In this document: piece after piece, positions 50,801 through 64,000 of the stretch
Position numbering within the stretch: the first letter of the stretch is position 1
Layout of the letters: every line of letters starts with the position of its first letter
Origin: Octopus vulgaris
Lineage: Eukaryota
Length of the DNA: 64,000 nucleotides
NCBI GenBank assembly: GCA_951406725.2
Contig: OX597817.1
Span: 40,238,001 to 40,302,000 of the forward strand
Direction of reading: 5' to 3'
The notes under the pieces: model-generated
What the model saw: the letters and a program-made list of their open reading frames with translations, nothing else
Databases searched by the model: none
What the model was told of the DNA's origin: nothing
Program-made: the position numbers and the translations under genes

Positions 50801-52454
50801 CATACGTGTGTGCATGCATACATGTGTGCATGCATGCATGCATGTGTGTGTGTTTTTGTGTGTGTGTGTATGTGTGTGTGTACCATCATTGTTTTAATGT
50901 CCACTTTTCTATATTTGCCTGGGTCAAATAGGATTCATTGTGACAGACTTCCTTTGAGCAGATGTCCTTCCTGTCACCAACCCTCATCTGTTAAGAGGCA
51001 GGGTAGTATTTCCCTTCAGTCAGACATGTTTTTCACAAAAGACTAGAAACGAACAGCATCGCTTGTATTATACACATATATTTAAATAAGTAAAACAGCT
51101 CAAATGCAATGAGGGGAATAGGAAATAGACAGATGGACATGAGAGGTTACAACAGGTGGACAAAATATAATTACACAAAAGGAAAATTATCATAAAATGT
51201 TGAGCACAGTGTTCTAAGAAAAGGAAAATGAAAAGAAGTAGACTGATATTTTGGGTGAATCCTTTCTCAAAGAAGAGTAAGAAAGAAATAGGCAAGAAAA
51301 ACGAAATAAGAAACAATACTTGTTTAAAGCATGTCTGTACCTTTTCTGAAGTAAACTGAATGAATCTATCAAAAGAGAAAGAGTCCCAAATAACATTTAA
51401 CCTCATTCATAGTAGGTTCACTAGATTATAACAGTCTCTCATTAAAATAATGGCCAGAGGCAGGCAATGAACTTAGTCTATCTATCTCATTAATAGATTC
51501 ACATACAAAATCTGTCTCAGTGAGTTTTAAACTCAGAACATAAAGACTGTCTGATGCTGTAATGATTTTCCAAATTCACCATCTTGAATAATGGTAATAA
51601 TATTAATAATACCTCCACATATACACTTGAAATCACATTAAATTAGAATAATGATGTGTATAATATTTATACTGTATATATAAATATAGAATCCTACTAG
51701 CTGTGATATTTTATCTTTAAGAGGCATCTCAAAGAAACTTGTGTGTAAAAAAATATAAAGCTCACTCAGAATGTTATCAGCAGATCATCAGACACCAGTG
51801 TTTTGGCTTGATTTGATCCCCTTAATGGCAAACATCCACTAGGCATTCTGATCTGCTTATTCCAATATAGAAATTATTAAATGAAATATTTATGGATTTG
51901 CATGAAGACTGACCAGGCTAGAATTAAATTAATGTACACACTTGAAACTGTGTTGAATCAAAATAATGATATGCATAACATTTATAATGAACATAAAAGT
52001 GTAGAATGACATTACCTGTATTATTTTGTCAAAATGGAGCTTCCCATAGAGATTGGTGTATTAAAAAACAGAATTCATCTGTGCCTTTTTGACAATCTAC
52101 CAATAACATTCTATATTTGTGTATGTATTAAAAGTGTTTAATACTGTCATTATATTAATAATAATTTCTTAAAATAGTACAAGGCCAGAAAATTGGGAAG
52201 AGGAATTTGTCAATTATTTTATCAACTCCAAAATGATGAGGGACAAAGTCAATCTCAGCAGGATTTGAACTCAGAATATAAAGGGCTATATTTAAATACC
52301 ACTAGGTATTTTGTCTGATGCTCTAATGCAAATAAAAGGCAAAGTTGACATTGGTGGGATTTGAACTCAAAATGTAAAGAGAAGAAATGTCAAAGCATTC
52401 TTGTCTGATGCTCTAACAATTCTGCCAGCCCACCACTTTGATGATGATGATGAT

Positions 52455-52609
52455 GGTGGTGGTTGTTGTTGTTGTTGTTTCAACATTTGGCACAAGGCCA
52501 GTAAGTTCAGGAGAGGGGTAAGTCCTTTACATCAACCCCAGTGCTCAACTGATCCTTATTTTATCAACCCCAAAAGGATGAAAAGCAAAGTCAACCATGG
52601 CAGAATCTA

Positions 52610-52670
<61 letters not shown>

Positions 52671-52931
52671 GTAATAGTCATAAAGACTGGCCATACAACT
52701 GAATCAAAATGATTAGCTATAATTATACTGGACAAAAGAAACAAACTGAAAGATCACAGACTTTGCCATACTACCAAAGAAATTGAAAAAGAAACTAAGA
52801 AATATCAGGACCTAGCAGTCAAAGAGGTGAAGAGATTGTGGAAAACTAAGATGACAGCTGCTACCTAAGAGTCTGAAGGATACTGGAATTGAGTCTCACA
52901 TTGTCAATTTGCAGAGAAGTGCAATCTGCAT
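52455..52931. repeat. Right arm of the inverted duplication
   Basis: Same composite order, reversed, as 48547-49043. Translates as KEIEKETKKYQDLAVKEVKRLWKTK (RLE remnant). Confidence 0.9.
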
Positions 52932-53084
52932 GAATCTTGAGATTTGAAGAGATTTGTTGTCACTAAACTTCATGACAGTATCTTTGCTAACTAATAAAGC
53001 ATATAATAGATGTAGTAATAATAATAGTAGCGGTGGTGGTGGTGGTGGTAGAAGGAAAAAGAGGAGGAGGAGAAGAAATTTATT

Positions 53085-54390
53085 GAGTGGAGCTTGAAGA
53101 GGAGAAAAACATATCAAATATAGGATTATTTGTGAATGAAAGGAATCACTAGAAAAAATAGTTACAGGGACAATTCCACAGATATCTAGAATGTGAAAAT
53201 TTGACTCATCATGGAAAGTGGTTCCAGAGTGGAGATTTAACCCTTCTGTTACCAACCCGGCTGAAACCACCTCTAGCTCTGTGTACAAATGTTTTGTTTT
53301 CATAAGTTTCAAATTAAAATCTTCCATCAAACCTTAGTCACAATTTATGTTCCTAACACTAGCTTAATGATAACTAAGTTATTTTACTAAATTCTTTGTT
53401 ATATTTAAAGTAATTGAAAGAAACACAGACCATCTCAACAGAAATATGGTAATGATGATAACGAAAGGGTTAAAGAATGAAATTGAAAGTTTGTTTGTAG
53501 CTTCTCACAATCAAACTCTAAACACTGCTTCAATGAACAAGTGCTGCCAATGTAATCAATGGGAGGAAAATATTGAGCACACATGCTAGTACCACGTAAA
53601 AAAAAAGGCCCATGGTGACACCTCATTAAAAGCACCCATGCTGGTGCCACATAAAAAGCTGCCATACTAGTATCACTTAAAAAGCACTCAATACACTGCA
53701 AAGTGGTTGGTGTTAGGAAAGACATCCAACCATAGAAATCATGCCAAAACAGACAGATGGTGCCTGGTGCAGCTCTCCAGTTTGCTAACCCCTGTCAAAC
53801 TGTCCAACCCATGCCAGCATGAAAAATGGATATTGAATGATGATGATGATGATTATAAGAGGTTGCAAAATGTTATCTCAAAAAGAACATAAGCACTACC
53901 ATGATAATGTTCATCTCAATTTACACTGGTTACATTGTAAAAATATATGGATATAAAACTTCAAACAAGTGATACAATCATGTACTAGATAAGGCTCTAA
54001 ATTAATCTGGTAAAGCCAAAATTCTATGAGATTTTCAAATCCAGACAGAACAATGGAACACTGTAGACCAGAATTCATTATGCTTTGCATAAAAAAAATA
54101 GAGAATGCTTCATAATAGACGTTGCAATACCTTCAGGCAAAAACATTGCAGACAAAGAAGTAGAAAAAATTTCAAAATATGTTGATTTAAAAATAGAGAT
54201 AATGAAAATGTGCAGATGTTTGGCAGTAACAGTGAAGGTAGTACAGGTTATCATCAGAGCAAAGGGTTAATTTTTTTTTTTTAATCTATCATACCACCTG
54301 GAACATTAAGACAGATATATGAGCATTCCATAAATCTCCCTCTTTGGGACAGCACATATTTTTGGAAAGGTATTTCCTATCTGAGACCTT
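53085..54390 (+). mobile_element. R4/Dong-type fossil interrupted by a piggyBac MITE and an RTE tail
   Basis: LQGQFHR, GDL|K.EIESLFVASHNQTL, KCCQC..ENIEH, RGCKMLSQKEHKHYHDNV and CFIIDVAIPSGKNIADKEVEKISKYVDLKIEI. Homologous to 44660-45330. Confidence 0.8.
53241..53469. mobile_element. piggyBac-type non-autonomous element, family 1, opposite orientation
   Basis: TTAA|cccttctgttacc...acgaaaggg|TTAA. Internal sequence is the reverse complement of 11985-12204. Confidence 0.88.
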
Positions 54391-54899
54391 CTGTCAATAC
54401 TTGATAGTTAACAAGAAGAAAAAACAACATAACCAATATTTTGTACATATTGTACAATGAAAAAAACATTTCTATGATAGGCACAAAACCATAAATTCTT
54501 CAATGTAATAATGAAATTTTAGATTAATTATTGAATCAAAATGTAAATTACAATGCCGTACTGATTCTAAGAGAAATTGCAATAGTTGAAATTAATGTAC
54601 TTTTTACATTGCTTTTTATCAAGTAAAATATAAATATCATTTAAATATAAAAATAAGAACATCTGTTTATTCAGGTTATTTATTTTTTAAACTTCTTTGG
54701 TTTGCATTCATTGCTGCTGATGTAATAATCCACTCCAAATAGGATTATTACATAATTTTCTTTAATAATGCTAGAAATTATACATGATTCTTGGAAGAAA
54801 GTAGCATTTCAAGAACGTACTTTGGCATAAACAGAACGGATCCTATGTGCTATAGATCTTTCCTATAATCTGACCCGGTCACAATACAGCAATAGATTA

Positions 54900-55620
54900 T
54901 TTACTGACTGGCAGCTATATGTTGGCTGTAGACAAGTGCATCACTGTACATTGTGGAAGAAAAGAACCTGGAATTTACCTACTCCCTTCACAACACCTCC
55001 CTCAAGAAAGCTGTAGGTGAACATGACCTAAACATTATTATCAACAGTGATCTGCATTGGAATTGGATGAACATTTCTAAAACCATCCAAATGGCCAAAG
55101 GTATAAAACATTTGTCAGTCACTAACCAGTTATTTATTTAAAGCTACAATATGGGTATGTATGTTCATACTTACAGTTTACATCTCTAGTTAGAAACCTT
55201 CATCTTGTCGTCCAGAATATCAATTTGCTGGAAGCTGTCCAGAGACATGCAATCAGATATATACCATCTATCAGTATACCATATATTGAGCATTTTATTT
55301 CTCTGGGTATTGACATACTAAAGTTTCAATATCTAGTAGCTAACTTGGTAGAAGCCCAAAAAAATTTCTACAATGTTTCCAGCTACAATATTTGCCATTT
55401 TTTTAATCCAATACAATACATTAATCCAATACATACTCATGGACATTCTTAAAAAAATTAACAAAACTGTACAGCACCCATGACTTTTGGAAACACTTTT
55501 TTCCCACTCAGAATTGCCAAAGCATGGAATAAGTTACCAGCATCAGGTCTTAGCTGTCAAGACACAGTATCCTTCAAAAATTCCATACTTCTTGAAATTC
55601 ACCAATACTTTCCTCTTTAT
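54900..55620 (+). mobile_element. CR1-type LINE 3' fossil
   Basis: DKCITVHCGRK, EHDLNIIINSDLHW, LEAVQRHAIRYIP, THGHS*K and FFPLRIAKAWNKLP...SFKN, with stops and frameshifts. Confidence 0.85.
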
Positions 55621-55857
55621 TGCTCTTTTGCTCTTATTTTCGTGCTTTTTTTTTTGTCTAATTCCATATACTATGCATTCTCGTTTGGCTTTCATTTCTG
55701 TCTTTCTTTACTTGACTTATTGCTTCTTTCTGTATCTTCATTTACCCTTTTTCACTGTCATGCATCTGAGCACTAAATACATTAAACTTTGTTACTGTTG
55801 GCTACTACTACTATTACTACTACCACTACTACTACTGATAATAATAATAATAATAAT

Positions 55858-56050
55858 AGACCTGCTAATAGAAACTGAAAAAATGTGGCATCTCAAGGTG
55901 ACTACAGTACCAGTGATTGTAGGATCTCTAGGAATGTTAAAAAAAAGGTACTGGAACCTATTTGAAAACGATAACAGGCTTACCATCCCTACAGGAAGTG
56001 CAAAAAGTCGTGTTAACTGGAATGGCTCATGTACTGAGAAGAGCATTATC
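55858..56050 (+). mobile_element. R4/Dong-type short 3' fragment after (TAA)n
   Basis: DLLIETEKMWHLKVTTVPVIVGSLGMLKK...LQEVQKVVLTGMAHVLRRAL. Confidence 0.8.
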
Positions 56051-57288
56051 ACTGTGAAGGAGTTTGGCCTAGTGGTTAGGGTAACTTGACACATGATCAC
56101 AAGGTCATGAGTTCAATTCCTGAATCAGGTGATGGTTCAATTCCAGGAACAGACAGCACCTTAAGCAAGATATTTCATTTCATGTTGCTCTTGTTCACTT
56201 ACCTGTAATGAGTACGAACCAGGTGCTACTGCTGCCCTCTCTTCCACTTCCACTAGCTTTCTCATTTGGTATGTTGGATTGGGTCAAAGGTGAGAGGACG
56301 CAGAAGATATCTATGTCTGCTCACAACTATCATAGACACATAAATCAAAGAACAAAATCACAGACACACTTCCAAGCCACACCCACCCTCTCATGATTGA
56401 TCACTGTCTATACTTTCTTCTTATGTTTAAGATCAAATTTCTAGTTCACCATACATTTCTTTTAATGAAAACACATCTACATGGAAGGTCAATGTGATAA
56501 TTTTGCTAATAATAGACATGATTAATATACCAATATAGCTTATGATCTGACATTTATCAAGTTTCATAATTTACTATTAAGTATCCCTCTTTAGTTTGTA
56601 TGAAAAACATAGATTAGCATAGCAAGCCTTTATAGTGCTTCTTATAGTAATAGAATATTAACATGATATTATTATTTAGCTTTGATGATTTCACTTTCAT
56701 TTAGTTTTAAACATTTTCAATATAATTATTATGTTTTTCTTTTCTTTTTTTCTTGCGTGGCATTATTGATTTTCTTTTAAATGAATGAAATTGGTAAAAC
56801 TTGATAATACTTATAGTGAAAAAACAATAATTATGAGAGTGACATTTGATGAATTATGATGATAAAATTGATTAAGTTGATGGTTAAAAAAAAAGTAACA
56901 AAACAAAATAAAAAATCTTGTAAAACTGATGGTAAGATTATTCATGTTACTATTAAAATCAATAATTTTGATGGTAATTTGGAAATGCTAATGGTTGAAT
57001 TCATAATTAAATTGATAATATTTATATTTGTGGTAAAATCTGATAATTCTTCTAAAACAATCAGAATGGTGTTTGTGTATTTATATCATTTATTTTCTGA
57101 GACTTGATTTTCAAGCAAAATTAAATCTTTTAAGAGTGTATGTATGTATGTATGCATATTTGTGCATATGTATATGTGTGAGTATTTGTGTTCACACACA
57201 TACATATATATGCAAGTATTACATATGTGTATGTATGTATGTATCTCTTCTTCTCTATCACTCTCTCTTTCCATCTCTCTATCTAAAC

Positions 57289-57339
<51 letters not shown>

Positions 57340-57411
57340 TATATATATATACATACATACCGTCCCACCCATGCTAGTATGGAACATGGACATTAGATGA
57401 TGATGGTGATG

Positions 57412-57457
<46 letters not shown>

Positions 57458-57466
57458 GAATATTTA

Positions 57467-57539
<73 letters not shown>

Positions 57540-58852
57540 ATATATATATATTTATATACATATATATATATATATATACATATGTATGTATGTAGAATAT
57601 TTTTAAAGTTGCAAAAGTTTTTTTCTTACTTCCCTTGCAGCTGTAAGTCACAAAATAAAAATCTTACAATAGCTTGTGTGTCATGATCTTGTCAAAAAAA
57701 GGTGTTACGATGCTTTTCCTTGTTCTATTCCACTGGTAACTAGATCTGAATCGATTTCACAACTGAGTGGTTACATACTGAATCATCATCACCGTAAGGA
57801 ATAACTTTCTCCAACAATATATAAAATTTCAAGAAAATACACCCCTACACACACATGCACATGTACATACACACATGAATATATACACACCTATTTATAT
57901 AGGCACATACACACACACACACAATTATATATAAATATATATATATGTGTATATAAATGTATCTTCAGAGTAAATGATATTTTGAGCCATTGACTACTTC
58001 CAATAGTCTAGACGCCATCTTTTTCCCATATGCTATTGTTGACGGGAAAAAAGGAAATATTTGGTAGTTACAGCACTCCTATGGTATCCAACTTTATATG
58101 GAGCTCACAACAAACAACGTTTGTTGGCACTATGTTACCAGGGGGTGGTTTAGCTCTGCTGTCACTTTTGCTACTGTAGTAAAGAGCTCCTTCAGTCGTG
58201 AATGACCATGGGATTGCACCTAGAAAGTTCTCCTCCAAGATACAAGTCTGGGCAAAGCTGTTTTTATGGAAGACCAGCAGACCCCCATGCATGCCAGCCT
58301 CACCTCTCCATGCCACCAATGTTATCCAAGGGAACGGCAATGGCTGATACAACTTGGTACCAATGATGTCGCAACTCATTTCTACAGCTGGGTAAACTGG
58401 AATAATGTGAAATAAAGTTTCTTGATTAAGAACACAATGCACAGCCCAGGCCAAGAATTGAACTCACTACCTCATGATTGTGAGCCCGACACTCTTACTT
58501 TACTCTCTCTCGTCATTTCACCTAAAAATCATTGCACTCTCTCTCTCTCTCTCTCTTTCTTCTGTTCTCTTTCAATTATTGCAACCACTTTAGGCCCTTA
58601 GTCTTGAAAGATGCAAAGTAACCTTACCAGTACTGGTGCTACACAGAAAAAAAGAAACCCAGTACACTCTCTGAATTGATTGGCATTAGGAAGGGCATCT
58701 GTCTATAGAAGCCATGCCAAAGCAGGTATTGGACGATGGCACTGGCTTCTGACAAGTTAGAACTGTCCATTCATGCCAGCATAGATGACATGCCAAATGA
58801 TGATGATTTGTGCGTGTGTGTGTGTGTATGTGTGTGTATGAATATATAAAGA

Positions 58853-58976
<124 letters not shown>

Positions 58977-59139
58977 CAAATAGATATTTTTTCCATATAA
59001 GGAGCTTTTTTAGCCCAATATTCTTCACTCTAATATCTATTGCTTTATCTACTTTGAATTTTTCCATTAAAAGCGATTTATTTCATAATTCTTAAAGTCT
59101 CTAAATTCTTATGGCATAAACAATATGTATGTATGTATG

Positions 59140-59194
<55 letters not shown>

Positions 59195-62100
59195 AAGACC
59201 TCCTATATATAAATAATTAATGTAAACAGCAGGCTGCAATATATTCCAAAATTTTCACTATATATATATGTACATACATACAAGTATGTACATCATAGTT
59301 CATAAACATATATTTACAAGAATCAATAGATACTTTTCGTCTACAGTAAGGCTAGCATATTGTCTGTCTTTCATCACCAACTCTTATAAACAAAAGCAAT
59401 GAGTTAATTAACTACGGCCTTTAAATTGAATACATTTGCCTTAAATTGAATATGTTTGATTCTTGAACCTTAAATTTCTCTTAAATATCTGTTACATATT
59501 AACATTGAATTCTCAAATGAACAAATTAGATTTCAATGAACAACAGACCATAAGATATATAACTTTAGTTGAGTCTGAAGGTTATTTTTAGGCAAGAAGA
59601 TAGCATATCAAGTTGTAAGATATCAGTTATGAAAGCTATCTCAATTAGACTTAACTTCTTCGAAAATTCTTTGACCCATCTTCTTTTCTATAACAAGATT
59701 TCGAGACAACTATTGATCTAGACATCTAGACCTTTCTCTTTGATTATTTCAGTGTAAAGATAAAACAAGACCGACACCACTTTCTCCCCTACCGCTTTCA
59801 GCGACTCTTCCTTTTTGCCACGCAATCTCATACACAGATACTGCAAAAGGAAATACAATTCCATCTAATATAGGAAATATTCATTGAAATATTGAGAATG
59901 GAAACAAATGTTGATTATTGTAATAACTGCGATTTGATACATTTTTTTGGTTTTTGTCGTTTTACATTATTAATTACTCTTCATTTGCTAATTGTTAAGA
60001 AGAGTGAGTTAAGAATTCATTAATTTTTTTTGTTTGTGTATTTTTTTATGTTGTTAAAGTATTAATTCAGAATTGGTACAAAAAAAGTAATCAATAAATA
60101 AATATAATGTTTGGTTCATTTGTTTTATTCATTAATTTTACAGATACTAATGAAAATGAACATACAAAAAATTAAATTTAGTGTATCTCTCAACATTGTG
60201 CTTAATTTTTGCCTAAAATAGTAATACAACCAATGTTATCATCAGTAGCATAACAACAAGCATCGACAATATATCGTCATCGTAATTTTAGACAAATGTC
60301 ATTTTTCATATTTCAAGCAGTAATTCTAAAAAAGATAAAAAATATAACAAAAGAAATAATTAAATAAAACTGACAGACACACACAACAATGAAAATTTCT
60401 TTCAACACAAATAAATATATAAATTCCAATCACCAAAAATTCCAAAGTAAATGATTTATAAATAAATATAATAGTAAATAAAATAAATATAGATAAATAA
60501 AAAAATAAATATGAATAAGTAAATAAAATAGTAAAATAAAAATAAATAAATATAATTAAATTAAATTCAGAAACCAACATATTTTGAAATTCATTGAAAA
60601 TTAAAAGTAGTATATAAATAAACTCATTATATTGGTTAATTAAATTTTGCCTGATGGCTGAAAAAGTGATATTGAAAAATGCTCATTCTTTTCCTCATAA
60701 CTGTTCTTTTTGCTCTTAACTGCAACTATCTTATTTTTGTCTGTTCATTCTTTCTCCATTCCATTCTCTTGTTTTTGTTGGCAATTTCCTCGTTATTCCC
60801 CCTTAAATTCCCTAAATCTTCCAGCATTATGTGTATTGCTTTTTCGTGTGGATTTATTTTCCTTTGCTTCCTCAAATAGCTCCCCTAACCTCCAAAACTC
60901 ATTTGGAAACAATATGATACAGCAATGTGTAATATCCATTCCACAATATGATATCAAATAGATAAAAATTCCCACATCTATTACATTGCTATTTGCTTCA
61001 AAAGGGATATGTTTTGTTGTTGTTTATAATCCTTTATACTAAAACACGGAATTGAGTACATTTTATGCAATAAAACCAAAATTTATTAGAAAAATAAAAC
61101 TGTTTTCTGAGAAAACAATTTCGTCAGTTAATTTTACTGAGCTGTTCCTTTTCCCTTTTTAGGTTTGCTTGAAATAGTTTTAATATTTTTTATGGTTATT
61201 TATTTTTCTTTTTATTTATTTTTTCTTATCTATTTCTTTCATTTATTTATTTTTCTATTTATTTATTTACTTTTCTCTCTGGTAATTGGGGTTATTTCAG
61301 AACTGTTTGCCATCAATTGCCAATCCAAAATTCTACAGAAGCTGAACCCGTGTTTTTTTGAGTTTTCTTTTTTTAATAAAATTTTGTTATAATTTTTATG
61401 TTTGTTTTATATCCATTTATGCATGCGTGCGTTGGTAGAATGGCTTTTGTAAATTAGGATACTTGCATATTGTTGTGTCAAGTGAATGCCTTCACGACTG
61501 CTGATCACTCAACCATGAAGTAGGAATGTTATCGGCTGTCAATCTGTCTAACTGAGACAAGCTGAGTAATGGTTTAATGTATGCCAGCCTGGGAGCATGA
61601 TACAAGAATTGTAGCAAAGTTTAAATTCAGGTCCAGAAACTGCACTATGATTGCTTGTTTATGTAATCTGTTACTTCTGGTAATGCAGAAATGAATACAG
61701 TAGGAAAAAAAAAATGGTAATGAAACAAAGTTCTCAATCATTTCCTTAAAGGTGATTGGCAGATTGGAGTTTGGTTACTATTGTTATAGAGAAATTCAGT
61801 TTTGTTTAGATGTAGAACTTTAGAGATCTTTTTACATCACAGCTCCTTGGTAATGACCTTGCCCTGTTAGTAAATTAGTTACTGGAATGTCTGAGAAAAA
61901 AATACTCAGGGACTCCTGCTACATGAAAACTTAATAGTAAAAATTGGTGCTCACATACTTGGTATACAGAACATGTCCACTGTGTGGTCAACGTAGTGCT
62001 AAAGATCAAACTTACTTCCCCAAAACATTCTACATTTAATTAATCTTAATTAATTAAACTGTCAGACTTGTCTCCCCTGCTTTTTTTAAAGGTGTAGTTT

Positions 62101-62209
62101 TAATTGATTTAAAATTTATCAACTTACTGCATCAGGTTCATTTATTTGTTTTACCCTCATTTTTTTCCGTTCTAATATAGATTAGAAGGCATTCTAATAT
62201 AGATTAACA

Positions 62210-62422
62210 GGCGGCGAGCTGGCAGAAACGTTAGCACACCGGACGAAATGCTTAGTATTTCGTCTGTCCTTATGTTCTGAGTTCAAATTCTGCCAAGGTC
62301 GACTTTGCCTTTCATCCTTTCAGGGTCGATAAATTAAGTACCAGTTGCATACTGGACTCAATCTAATTGACTGATCCCCCCCACCACAAAATTTCGGACC
62401 TTGTGCCTAGAGTAGAAAAGAA
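62210..62422 (+). mobile_element. SINE family B (degraded copies also at about 36460-36620, 51460-51590, 52175-52430)
   Basis: ggcggcgagctggcagaaacgttagcac...gagttcaaattc...cctttcatcctttcagggtcgataaattaagtacc. Confidence 0.88.
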
Positions 62423-63058
62423 TAGAGATTAGACAAATACATTATTAAGGTATAATTTTACAGCTGGATGTCCTTCCTGTCACTAACACTTACTTGATTT
62501 TAAGTAACAGCTCTCTAAAGTCACACAACTAAGAAATCATTAAGTGAGCAGACAAGATATTGATAGAAGAGACAACAATAACACCTACCTCATAGTGACT
62601 GTTGCAGAGCACGAATGCAGACAAAGACACATGAGCATGTGCATGCACACATGCATGCATGCAGACACACATGCACACACACACACATACACACACTCAT
62701 AACATTAAGGAATAGGGATGTAAAATTTGGGCAGGTATCATATGAGCAATTTGATACAATCCAGATCTGGCTAATCACATAAGCTGCACAGGATTGCCAA
62801 CTTTTAGATTTGAATGTGTTGCAATTGACTTAATATAAATCAACTAAATGCACGTATTTGCATATCAAAGGGCACTAGGACAGTTATCCATCAAAAACAC
62901 GTGTCAAAATGGAAATTTTTAAAAATACATTAATAAATAAATTTATTCTGGGTTCATTCCCACTATGTGGCACCTTGACCAACCAAAACCTTGTGAGTGG
63001 ATTTGGTAGATGGAAACTGAAAGAAGCTAGTCATATATATACATACATACACACACAC

Positions 63059-63089
<31 letters not shown>

Positions 63090-64000
63090 TGTATGTATGT
63101 ATGTACGTATGTATGTACGTATGTATGTATGTGGAGCTGAACCCACAACCTTGTGATTGGGAATCAAACTTTTTAACCACCCAATTATACCTACAAGTAC
63201 ATTATTAATTATTGGACAAGGTATTACTAATATGTCCACTCAAACATTTGAGAGTTAACTTAATATTAGCCAAAATATCCAATTGCAATGATCAGAATTT
63301 GCATAACCATCTCACATATCAATATGCGTAATTTACTTGAAATTTAAATTTATATAATGAGAAGCAGACATGGACTCATTAATAAAATATCAAATTATAT
63401 ACTGGTCTGTATCAAGGATGGCTGTGTGGTTATGAAGTTCTCTTTGCAACCAACTATGTGATTTGGGGCTCAGTCCTATTGCATGGCACCTTGAACAAAT
63501 GTCTTTTACTATAGCCCCAGACCAGCTAATGCCTTATGAGTGAATTTGGTTGATGGAAACTGCATGGAAGCCTATATCATATATATATGTATATAATAGC
63601 TATTATATCATATATATACATATGTATATAATAGCTATTATATAATATATAATAGTGATTTTTTTCTACCTTGTCTTACACACATGCACACACACATACA
63701 CACATACACACACATATTCATGTACACACACACAGAGTCTAACCTATGCCAGCGTGCAAGAAAATGATGATGGAAATGATGTGTGTGTGTGTATTTATGT
63801 TTATTCCTCCCACCACCAACAGATAACCGGTAGTGTTTTATGTCCTTGTAACTTAGTAGTACAGCAAGTGAGACAATAGGATAAGTATGAAAATTAAAGC
63901 CCTTTCAAGGTGGTGCCCCAGCATGATCATGGTCCGATGATGGAATCATGGGAAAGTAAAAGATAACCTGCCATTTGTATTTAGTCATATCTCTTAACAA

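Noticed and set aside
55487-56089. 200-aa ORF as a host gene
   Set aside because: It is a chimera of a CR1 tail, (CTA)/(TAA) repeats and an R4/Dong fragment.
60330-61270. Apparent inverted complementarity between the A-rich (60330-60560) and T-rich (61180-61270) tracts
   Set aside because: Low-complexity (AAAT)/(TTTA) sequence, so the pairing is not specific.

Overview
AT-rich, repeat-dense eukaryotic DNA. The SINE and LINE repertoire and the (TA)n/(CA)n load point to a coleoid cephalopod, most likely Octopus; this is inference from repeat recognition. The only host gene I can support is the 3' end of a nesprin/KASH-domain gene on the + strand. It has two small internal exons (101-163, 12710-12789) that splice in phase to a terminal exon (26089-26689) encoding a TM helix plus a luminal KASH peptide ending PPPT*. 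The rest is intron or intergenic sequence filled with mobile elements: a young 5'-truncated RTE LINE with an intact RT ORF carrying a PHD finger (about 31712-33783), many RTE 3'-tail copies with 66-bp structured repeats, R4/Dong-type, CR1-type and other RTE fossils, two Tc1/mariner derivatives, piggyBac-type TTAA MITEs, several tRNA-derived SINE families, Penelope-like fragments with degenerate hammerhead cores, and many microsatellites. Most ORF-track entries are microsatellite or repeat artefacts. Repeat boundaries and identities were estimated by eye. I found no CRISPR array or prokaryote-type system. The best leads are the Pro(-11)-less KASH peptide, candidate phase-matched microexons (one inside a hairpin), long inverted repeats, hammerhead remnants and the RTE 3'UTR hairpin array.
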